From a virus (lineage: Duplodnaviria; Caudoviricetes): a stretch of DNA of 31,882 bases. Under the pieces are notes generated by a model. The model did not search any database and had not been told where the DNA came from. It worked only from the letters and a program-made list of their open reading frames with translations. Shown here one piece after another: positions 25,344 through 31,882 of this stretch (position 1 is the stretch's first letter; every line of letters begins with the position of its first letter). Location of the stretch: positions 1-31,882 of the IMG/VR virus record IMGVR_UViG_3300045580_000208; one strand, written 5' to 3'. The translations under genes were made by a program, and so were the position numbers.

Positions 25344-25512
25344 TCCGCCTGTCCTCCCTGTGGATCCTGCGCTCGAGCGCCGAGACCCTCCTGCGGAGCC
25401 GCATGATCTCCTCGAGCAGGATCGACACGACCGCCGGCCTCAGAGGCAGGTTCCGGTCCACGCATTCCTGGGCGCGAAGCAGCGCCCGCACCATCCGCAT
25501 GACCTCCGACAT
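25189..25512 (-). CDS. Hypothetical coiled-coil protein overlapping both neighbours
   Basis: GGAGG RBS before ATG 25512. The first ~55 codons have high GC3 (LLEEIMRLRRRVSALERR); the tail overlaps rusA. Confidence 0.45.
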   Translation of the reverse strand: MSEVMRMVRALLRAQECVDRNLPLRPAVVSILLEEIMRLRRRVSALERRIHREDRRNERMALHGAGDSEGAAEGEGDIVLEGDGEDVDAGHGGQLQGGGGDGGEPSD

Positions 25513-25870
25513 GATCCGCCTCCGTATTCCCGACCATCCGCTGCACCGAGACGATGCGCCTGATGCGCTCCTGGCTCTCGGCGGATACCTGTCCCTGGAT
25601 CGCGGTCGGCTTGCCGGCGTCGAGACGGTCGATGCGGTCGATCTCGAGCGCGATGTCGCGGTTGTCAGCCGCCAGCATCCGCAGGATCTCCGCCGCCTTC
25701 ATCGCCTCGCGAAGCCGTCCTGATTCCTGCGCGAGCTGCATCATCTCCATGACGCGCTCGGCGAGCTTCTCCATCTCGTCGGGGAGCCTGTAGGGCTTGA
25801 TGAGCCCCTTCGAGATCATGTTTCGGTAGATGCCGAGGTCCTCGGACGTGGTCGGCATGAACACGTTCAC
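25340..25870 (-). CDS. Putative terminase small subunit
   Basis: Start GTG 25870 (GTGA overlap). Helical core (AMKAAEILRMLAADN...IDRLDAGKPT) and a disordered tail. The function is inferred only. Confidence 0.4.
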   Translation of the reverse strand: MNVFMPTTSEDLGIYRNMISKGLIKPYRLPDEMEKLAERVMEMMQLAQESGRLREAMKAAEILRMLAADNRDIALEIDRIDRLDAGKPTAIQGQVSAESQERIRRIVSVQRMVGNTEADHVGGHADGAGAASRPGMRGPEPASEAGGRVDPARGDHAAPQEGLGARAQDPQGGQAE

Positions 25871-26076
25871 AGGCTTGGGATCCACAGGTATCGGCGGAAG
25901 CCCCTCGGGCTGCGCTCCACCCGTATTGGATGCCCCATGTTCCGCATCGCGTAGATCGCGGGAGCCCCGTTGAACCGCCATTTGGCGAAGCACGTCCCCT
26001 CGTCCATTTCCCCGTGGGTCGCGAGGTAGTGCAGCATCTCTAGGTCCCTTCCCCTTTCCCAGCCGGTTAGCGTCAC
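25867..26076 (-). CDS. Small winged-HTH protein
   Basis: Start GTG 26076 (GTGA overlap with the primase). MLHYLATHG...APAIYAMRNMGHPIRVE...RRY resembles small phage HTH proteins. Confidence 0.55.
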   Translation of the reverse strand: MTLTGWERGRDLEMLHYLATHGEMDEGTCFAKWRFNGAPAIYAMRNMGHPIRVERSPRGFRRYLWIPSL

Positions 26077-26933
26077 GCTCTCGGGCCATTGGAACTCCTC
26101 CGGTCTTCGTATCTCCGCAGCGAGGTCGTCAAGTCTTGAGCGGTCATTCCGTGGTTCAGGCACTCCCGAACGTCCTTCATCGGGGGCAACGCCATCTCGA
26201 CTCGGCGGGCCGGTCCACGAAGCGTCTGGGTCAGGCGCAGGGCGCCGTCGATCCCTGGACCGTCCGCGTCGGCGATCACCGTCACCTCCATGCCGATTGT
26301 CCATCTCGCGATCTCCTGCTCGCATCCGAGGCACGACGGCCTGCCGATTGCGTTCAATCCCATGTCGATCATCGCAAGCACGTCGGACGCGCCCTCGACG
26401 ACATACACATGACCCTGCCGGCGAGCACTGCGCGGGATGAACAGTCCCGACCGAGAGCCCTTGATCGCGTACTTCCTGCCCTCCGGCGTGCGCGTTCGGA
26501 ATCCGACGATCTCGTCCCTGTGGTTCCGCATCGGGAACGTCCAGAGGCCGTTCCATCCGACGCCGAGGTCGGCGAGCGCCTCAAGGCTGACGCCGAGCTC
26601 AAACGCGAGCATCGGGATCCGATGCCCGACGTAGGCGGAGAACTGAGCCTGCATCGCCTCGCCGCCCTCGAGGGCCTCGACCGTGTTCTCGACCGCCTGC
26701 CGGCGCAGCTGCGCCTTCTGCGACGGGATGCTGCCGCCGAGGGAGTGAAGCCATCCTGCGCTGCCGATCTTCCGGTTGCTCTCGGTGCGCGGGCAGATCG
26801 CGAGCTGGCGCTCGGGATCGACGAGACACCACGAGTCGTGCTCGCAGACGGGGCATCTACGGCGCGAGGTCACGCGCAGCCCGTCGAAGACAAGCTCGCC
26901 GGTCGAGGACTCGATTAGAGTGACACAAGCCAT
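26073..26933 (-). CDS. DNA primase (Zn-binding plus TOPRIM)
   Basis: CPVCEHDSWC, FPMRN..IVGFRTR, VVEGASD, IADADGPG, KDVR. Confidence 0.88.
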   Translation of the reverse strand: MACVTLIESSTGELVFDGLRVTSRRRCPVCEHDSWCLVDPERQLAICPRTESNRKIGSAGWLHSLGGSIPSQKAQLRRQAVENTVEALEGGEAMQAQFSAYVGHRIPMLAFELGVSLEALADLGVGWNGLWTFPMRNHRDEIVGFRTRTPEGRKYAIKGSRSGLFIPRSARRQGHVYVVEGASDVLAMIDMGLNAIGRPSCLGCEQEIARWTIGMEVTVIADADGPGIDGALRLTQTLRGPARRVEMALPPMKDVRECLNHGMTAQDLTTSLRRYEDRRSSNGPRA

Positions 26934-28084
26934 GCCATCGTCCTCCTAGCGATCCACTCGGCGACGTTGACGGTGACGGCGTTCCCGAGCTGCTTGTAGC
27001 GGTGCGTATCGGCGGTCGGCTTGTCGATCCCGATCTGCGTCCATTCGTCGGGAAATCCTTGCAGCCGCTCGCATTCGACTGGCGTCAGGCGGCGCACGAT
27101 TGTCGAAGCGCAGACCGCAGGAACGGTGTTTCCACCTGCTGAACTTCCAAGCGTCGGACTCTGCTCAACGGCGAGACCGTCGCTTCTCGCCTTTGATGAG
27201 TTGCCGACTTTGAAAGCGACCGCGACCGTCGCGCATCCCTGCTTTGAGCCGCACCCGAGCGCGTGTGTTCTTTCGGCGCTTGCGATCGGATCTTGCGTGG
27301 GATGAAATGCCACCGCGTGAGTCGTCCGCGTGTCACCTGTGTCGAAGCCGTTCAGCGTATTCGCCAGTCCGTCATCGACCCAGGTCTCGTCATCGTCCTC
27401 GGTCTGCGCGCGCCTTGACTTGCGGAAGGCGACTGCGTGTATGTCAGTCTTTTTCAGCATTGGCACGATGCGACTGACATCAACGCTTCTTGCAGCATCG
27501 GCGGGAGTTCCTTCCCGCGCCTTGTCGCGCGACGGAGGATCCCCGCCGCCGCCTTCGGCGAGAGCAAGTATCTGCTCGGAGCATCCGGCTCGAGAACCTG
27601 CGACAACGAACACACGGCGGCGTCTCTGGGCCACTCCGAAGTACTGGCTGTCCAGAACTCGCCAGCCGACCTCCGCACAATCCCACCCTTTCCCCACTTC
27701 ACGGAGGACGGTGGCGAAGTCGAGTCCTCGATTGCTCGACAGCAGTCCTGGGACATTCTCAAGAATGAGGATGGACGGTCGGAGTTGTCGAACAATCCGC
27801 ATTGCATCATAAAAGAGACCTGACCTTTCTCCGGCGAGGCCGGCGCGCTTTCCTGCCACCGATAGATCCTGGCACGGGAATCCTCCGCAGATGACGTCGA
27901 CTCGCTCAAGATTGTCTGGATCGACCTCGCGGATGTTGCCATAGACCTGCGCGCTAGGGAACCGCTTGCGGAGCACCGCCTGCGCGTTCTTGTCCCACTC
28001 GACGCACCATGCGACCTCAAACCCGGCGCGCTCAAAGCCGAGGTCGAATCCGCCGATGCCGGCGAACAGCGAGCCGACCTTCAT
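26915..28084 (-). CDS. DNA (cytosine-5) methyltransferase
   Basis: Start ATG 28084 (ATGA overlap). Motifs I SLFAGIGG, IV GGFPCQ, VI ENV, VIII QRRRRVF, IX RRLTPVECERLQGF, X YKQLGNAV. Confidence 0.95.
   Translation of the reverse strand: MKVGSLFAGIGGFDLGFERAGFEVAWCVEWDKNAQAVLRKRFPSAQVYGNIREVDPDNLERVDVICGGFPCQDLSVAGKRAGLAGERSGLFYDAMRIVRQLRPSILILENVPGLLSSNRGLDFATVLREVGKGWDCAEVGWRVLDSQYFGVAQRRRRVFVVAGSRAGCSEQILALAEGGGGDPPSRDKAREGTPADAARSVDVSRIVPMLKKTDIHAVAFRKSRRAQTEDDDETWVDDGLANTLNGFDTGDTRTTHAVAFHPTQDPIASAERTHALGCGSKQGCATVAVAFKVGNSSKARSDGLAVEQSPTLGSSAGGNTVPAVCASTIVRRLTPVECERLQGFPDEWTQIGIDKPTADTHRYKQLGNAVTVNVAEWIARRTMAWLVSL
27454..28035 (-). CDS. Nested alternative-frame gene inside the methyltransferase (M.EcoHK31I beta-polypeptide-like)
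   Basis: Same strand, different frame: SFLRMSQDC...SSVKW..GGIV...GEFWT...CSLSQVLE..APSRYLLSPKAAAGILRRA.RRGKELP. The true start may be ATG 27810. Confidence 0.65.
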   Translation of the reverse strand: MSAPGLRSHGASSGTRTRRRCSASGSLARRSMATSARSIQTILSESTSSAEDSRARIYRWQESAPASPEKGQVSFMMQCGLFDNSDRPSSFLRMSQDCCRAIEDSTSPPSSVKWGKGGIVRRSAGEFWTASTSEWPRDAAVCSLSQVLEPDAPSRYLLSPKAAAGILRRATRRGKELPPMLQEALMSVASCQC

Positions 28085-28344
28085 TGGCAATCCTCCTTGA
28101 TCCGTTGGCACGCATCCAATGCGATCTTCATCTCAGCCTTCGTCACTGTCACCGAGAACAGCGCCGTCCACCGCTCGCCGTCCCAGCCCTCGATGATGAA
28201 GTCGGGAAGAGGGTGCATGGAGTCGCTGTCGATGGTCAGCAGCGCGCGGTACTTGCCCTCATGCTTCTTGACGAGCTTGATCGCGTCATCGAAGAGAACG
28301 CACGGGACGACATCGGAGCACAGGTGGATGTCGATCGCGCTCAC
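28081..28344 (-). CDS. Hypothetical protein (87 aa)
   Basis: GTG 28344 with a GTGA overlap. Its stop overlaps the methyltransferase ATG. Confidence 0.6.
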   Translation of the reverse strand: MSAIDIHLCSDVVPCVLFDDAIKLVKKHEGKYRALLTIDSDSMHPLPDFIIEGWDGERWTALFSVTVTKAEMKIALDACQRIKEDCQ

Positions 28345-28535
28345 TTGCGAACCGCCTTCCGCATCTCGTCCAGGGGAATGAGCCACTCGGTAGGGACGCA
28401 GAACACCCACGGCGAGTCGACGGTCAGACCGCCCTTCGTGACAGGCTCGACGCCGACGCACTTGCGTCCGGCAAGGTCGAACTCCTCGGAGGCGATCCGC
28501 ACGCGGAAGTAGGCGATGTCATTTGGCTTCGACAT
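28341..28535 (-). CDS. Hypothetical protein (64 aa)
   Basis: AAGGA RBS, ATG 28535 (MSKPNDIAYFRV). Confidence 0.6.
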   Translation of the reverse strand: MSKPNDIAYFRVRIASEEFDLAGRKCVGVEPVTKGGLTVDSPWVFCVPTEWLIPLDEMRKAVRK

Positions 28536-28770
28536 CTTCGTCCTTGAAAAGATCGAACCAAGATCGGCTGGCGGCGTAATCCTCCATCGCCTTAGTCGTG
28601 CCTTCGTTGGCATTGGTGTTGGCTGCGCGCAGAAGACACACCTCGGCACGAGCTGCATCGCGCTCCCCGCGCAGCCGTTCGATCTCGTCGGCGGCTTCGC
28701 ACTTCACGCAGTTGCATCCGATGGATTCGTCTGCTGCTCCGCGCAGCCGCGCCACGATGTCATCGGTCAT
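28519..28770 (-). CDS. Conserved phage hypothetical protein (DIVARLR...EAADEIERLR)
   Basis: GAGGAG RBS, ATG 28770. The motif is common in small phage genes. Confidence 0.7.
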   Translation of the reverse strand: MTDDIVARLRGAADESIGCNCVKCEAADEIERLRGERDAARAEVCLLRAANTNANEGTTKAMEDYAASRSWFDLFKDEDVEAK

Positions 28771-28855
28771 GGTCACTCCTCGGAAGCATGATGCACGACA
28801 TGATCCATGCGAACGCAAGGATCAGGAACATCTTCGCGACCAGTTCAACGTCCAT
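28760..28855 (-). CDS. Small membrane peptide (31 aa)
   Basis: Hand-translated MDVELVAKMFLILAFAWIMSCIMLPRSDHDR. Fills the gap and overlaps both neighbours. Confidence 0.5.
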   Translation of the reverse strand: MDVELVAKMFLILAFAWIMSCIMLPRSDHDR

Positions 28856-29129
28856 CGTTGTTCTCTGTTCCGTTCGCGCCCCACTTCTCGAGCGCCACTT
28901 CGTTCATCAGCGTGATGCCGGCGTGCGCGGCGATGATGAAGGCAAGTGCCGTCACCTCGCCGAACAGCCTCTCATTCGTCGATGCAGGAGAAAGGGCGAA
29001 ATCATTTAGTTTCCGTAGCACCAACGCATGATCTTCCCTTGAAAGCCCGCGAATCTGATCTTTCAGGCTTGCGAGATGCTGGTCATGCTCGGCGATCGCG
29101 CGTGGGTCATTTACGCTTCTGTGCCGCAT
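28845..29129 (-). CDS. Hypothetical protein (94 aa)
   Basis: GGGGG RBS-like sequence, helical, fits the operon. Confidence 0.6.
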   Translation of the reverse strand: MRHRSVNDPRAIAEHDQHLASLKDQIRGLSREDHALVLRKLNDFALSPASTNERLFGEVTALAFIIAAHAGITLMNEVALEKWGANGTENNDGR

Positions 29130-29319
29130 AGTGCCCCCCGTCGATCAGCGCATCGGGATGCAGCGTGCAGATCGACGTGATTCCCATGCGGATCACGTCC
29201 GTCTTCGACACCTTCGTCTTGAACTTCTTGGTGAAGAATCGAGAAAGCTGGTTCAACTGCTCGTCGGTCTGAAGGTCGACCGTGACCGCGTTGTGCCTTT
29301 TCTTCGTGACAATCGGCAT
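29107..29319 (-). CDS. Ribbon-helix-helix DNA-binding protein
   Basis: AVTVDLQTDEQLNQLS...VSKTDVIRMGI. Strong AGGAGGTG RBS. Confidence 0.7.
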   Translation of the reverse strand: MPIVTKKRHNAVTVDLQTDEQLNQLSRFFTKKFKTKVSKTDVIRMGITSICTLHPDALIDGGHYAAQKRK

Positions 29320-29343
29320 ATCACACCTCCTTGTTCGATCAGG

Positions 29344-31020
29344 TTATGAGGGTTGTTTGATCCTGTCAAGGGCAGCGCGCGCATCGGCGTGCTTGTTCTG
29401 CTTCAACAGGTCGATGACGTTCGACGCAGCCTTGCGATCGAGACCAACTGGATCGAGTCCAGCGCGTCGGATGAACCATGCCTGCTTCTCCGTTGGCTTC
29501 GACATGAGCGCCTCGATCAACTGTGATGCGCGTCCCGTGTCAAGGTCCTTCGGCAAGCGGAGACCGTTGCGCTCGAGCATGACGCGCTGCTTGTCCGTCG
29601 CGGGAATGCGAGTCTGCCAGCGAGGAACGGTGCGCGGGACGATGCCGAGCTGCTCGAATGGGTCGATGTCCTGCGTGACGAACTGCGCGCGACCGACGAC
29701 ATGCAGCCGGCGCTTGCGTTCCTTCTCCTGATCCTCCTCGCGCTGCGACAGGTCGAGCTCGGCGAGCACGTCGATCTCCTCCTCGACTCCCTTCGCCTTC
29801 GCCTTGCGCTCGTACCGCTTCGCCGCGCCCTCGGTCATCCTGCCGCCGAGGATGTCGCCGGCGTGGACGAGCGTGTGCCTGCCGCTGTTCCCGAGGAAGT
29901 CGAGGCAGAGGATGTGGTCCTTTATGGACATGGATATGGATGCCCTGCGCTCCTCGGCATCCGATGTGCCGGCGAACGTGCCAGGAAGCGCGCGCGTGCC
30001 GCGACCGAGCATCTGGACATACAGCGCGCGGCTCTTCGTCGGGCGCATCATGGCGATCACCTGAACGCCCTTGCCGTCGAGCGCGGGATCGTCCCATCCC
30101 TCCGTGGCGACGGCGACATTGACGAGGTACTGCGTCTTGCCCTCGCCGAACGAACGGAATATCTCGGCGCGGCGATCCTTCGGAGTCTTGCCGTGGACGA
30201 CCTCGGCGTGGCCCGTCTTCATGCCGGGACGATTGATGATCTCGGCGATGCGCTCGGCGTGCTTCACCGTCGCCGCGAAGACGAGCGTGCGCCTCTCGCC
30301 GACGATGCGCACCATCGGCACGACCATCTCCTGCAACGACCGCTCGAGGGCTTCCTCGAGGTCGGAGAGCTGGAAGTCGCCGCCGCTCGTGCGCGCAGCC
30401 GACAGGTCGAGGTGCTCGCATGTGACGAACCGCTGGCGCACCGGCACGAGCCATCCGTCTCGTATCCCATCGGATACGTCGTAGTTGAAAGCCACCGAGT
30501 CGAACAGCCTGCCGAGCGCCTTGCCGTCGAGCCTGTCGGGGGTCGCGGTCACGCCGAGCAGGCGCGACTGCGGGTTCTCCATGTAGTGCTCGATGACCTG
30601 AAGGTACGAGGCGCTGACGGCATGGTGGCATTCGTCGACGACGACGAGCCACGGGTTCCGGTTGCTGAACCTGTGCATCCGCCTCGAGTCTCCGCGCCCA
30701 GCGTTCTGAGTCTGGATGCTCGAGACGATCACGGGCGAGCGGTTGAATCCGTCCTCGACCGCGCGCATGTCGGCCATCTCGATGTCGGGCTCGATGCCCG
30801 TGACCTGGCGGATGCGGTCGGCGGCTTGGTGGATCAGCTCCTCGCGGTGCGCGAGCACGATCGCCCTGCGCCCGGGTATGCGGAGCGCGTTCTCAATCGC
30901 CTTCGCAAAGATGACTGTCTTGCCTAGACCAGTCGCGAGCACCGCGACCGTCGACCGGCTCTCCTGCAACCTCGCGTCTATCGCCGCGACCGCAGTCTGC
31001 TGATAGGGTCTCAGTTCCAT
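29344..31020 (-). CDS. Superfamily 2 DExH helicase
   Basis: LRPYQ, ATGLGKT, VVDECHH, TATP, TEGWD, QMLGRGTR. Start ATG 31020 after AAGGAG (31035 is an alternative). Confidence 0.93.
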   Translation of the reverse strand: MELRPYQQTAVAAIDARLQESRSTVAVLATGLGKTVIFAKAIENALRIPGRRAIVLAHREELIHQAADRIRQVTGIEPDIEMADMRAVEDGFNRSPVIVSSIQTQNAGRGDSRRMHRFSNRNPWLVVVDECHHAVSASYLQVIEHYMENPQSRLLGVTATPDRLDGKALGRLFDSVAFNYDVSDGIRDGWLVPVRQRFVTCEHLDLSAARTSGGDFQLSDLEEALERSLQEMVVPMVRIVGERRTLVFAATVKHAERIAEIINRPGMKTGHAEVVHGKTPKDRRAEIFRSFGEGKTQYLVNVAVATEGWDDPALDGKGVQVIAMMRPTKSRALYVQMLGRGTRALPGTFAGTSDAEERRASISMSIKDHILCLDFLGNSGRHTLVHAGDILGGRMTEGAAKRYERKAKAKGVEEEIDVLAELDLSQREEDQEKERKRRLHVVGRAQFVTQDIDPFEQLGIVPRTVPRWQTRIPATDKQRVMLERNGLRLPKDLDTGRASQLIEALMSKPTEKQAWFIRRAGLDPVGLDRKAASNVIDLLKQNKHADARAALDRIKQPS

Positions 31021-31031
31021 GTGTGGCTCCT

Positions 31032-31289
31032 TCATTCATCGTTGGCTACCTTCCACCATGCCTCCTGCGCCTCTGGATCGAAGGTACGCCACTTCTTGAG
31101 AAGTGTAGTGACCTCCTCCGCCGTCTCGCATGTCAGCGCGGACAGGTGGTTGATGGTCGCGCCGAGCTTGTCCCTGCACAATCCGATCACGACGATGCGC
31201 TTGAGATGCGTGACCTCGTAGGGCAGCGGAGCGCCGTAGACCATGCCGAGATGCCTGTTGACTCTCCCGAGGATCGTGAGCGTGGTCAT
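31032..31289 (-). CDS. Hypothetical protein (85 aa)
   Basis: Start ATG 31289 with an ATGA overlap (MTTLTILGRV). Confidence 0.55.
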   Translation of the reverse strand: MTTLTILGRVNRHLGMVYGAPLPYEVTHLKRIVVIGLCRDKLGATINHLSALTCETAEEVTTLLKKWRTFDPEAQEAWWKVANDE

Positions 31290-31882
31290 CTCGATTTCCT
31301 GGCGGATGACAAGCGCGCGGAGTTCATCCATCCCGTCTCGAAGCATTTCGCACATCCCTTGCCTCCGCAGAGCGGGCAGACCCCTGCGGGCTTCGCCGCA
31401 TGGACGTGGTCCTTCGCCGCCTTGATGTTCGTGATGAGCGCCGATCCGCTCGTGAGCAGCCATTCCTTCGCGCTCGTCTTCGCGAGGAGCGATGCCACGT
31501 CTGCGGCACGGTTGAGGATCTGCGTGAGCTCGAGGAACAGCGGGCCGACAAGGGCGAGCTCATCGTCCCCATGCGACCGATCGACCCAGTCCGACACGTC
31601 CTCCTCGTCCTTCAGCCGGAACGTCTCGGCGATCTCGCGGATGTCCTTCGCGGTCGGGTTCTTCCCGTAGCGTGACGCCTGCGTGATCGCCTCGCGCCAG
31701 ACATCGGCGCGGTCCTCGTCGTCGACCTTCGCGAGCGCCTCCGCCTGCGATGCGGACGATGGCTTCGGAAGGTCAGCCGGCAGGCTCGCCATCGCCGACA
31801 CGGCTCCCGCAAGCTGGCGACCGCGCGCGGCGGTGAAGTTCCACCGCTCCTGGCAGTACGCCTCGAACGTCTCATACTGGTC
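31286..31882 (-). CDS. Putative DNA-binding protein (YETFEAYCQERW motif) with a C-terminal Zn finger; 5' end outside the window
   Basis: The frame is open to the window edge: DQYETFEAYCQERWNFTAARGRQL...VWREA...PTAKDI...CPLCGGKGCAKC. Confidence 0.7.
   Translation of the reverse strand, partial: DQYETFEAYCQERWNFTAARGRQLAGAVSAMASLPADLPKPSSASQAEALAKVDDEDRADVWREAITQASRYGKNPTAKDIREIAETFRLKDEEDVSDWVDRSHGDDELALVGPLFLELTQILNRAADVASLLAKTSAKEWLLTSGSALITNIKAAKDHVHAAKPAGVCPLCGGKGCAKCFETGWMNSARLSSARKSR

Noticed and set aside
29120-29145. IDGGHY in the RHH protein resembling the tail DGGxF tag
   Set aside because: Not terminal, in a non-structural gene, and explained by the overlapping GGGGG RBS of the next gene.

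Overview
This window is a GC-rich segment of a tailed dsDNA phage (Caudoviricetes) or prophage. No tail sheath gene is seen, so it is probably a siphovirus with a Mu-like head module. 1-18816 (- strand) is a translationally coupled virion operon: TerL, an extended DUF935-type portal, gpF-like head morphogenesis, protease/scaffold with an internal start, DUF2190-like cement, major capsid, gp36-like adaptor, gpG-like neck, tail tube, tail chaperone with a GGGAAAC -1 frameshift, a terminator-like protein, a short tape measure, two large tail proteins and several fibre/tip genes, one with a trypsin-like catalytic triad. 24626-31882 (- strand) is a replication/regulation block: SF2 helicase, RHH, a C5 DNA methyltransferase carrying a nested alternative-frame gene, primase, HTHs, a TerS candidate and RusA. 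Between them (about 18830-24670) is a compositionally distinct island, CGCG-rich from about 19000 to 22300. It has two divergent early-type operons driven by mirror-image promoters that flank a 64-bp Z-DNA-prone tract and a G4-like tract. It also has near-identical RBS/start units, a beta-clamp-like protein, acidic putative DNA mimics and a serine recombinase. All assignments come from motif reading only; no database searches were run.
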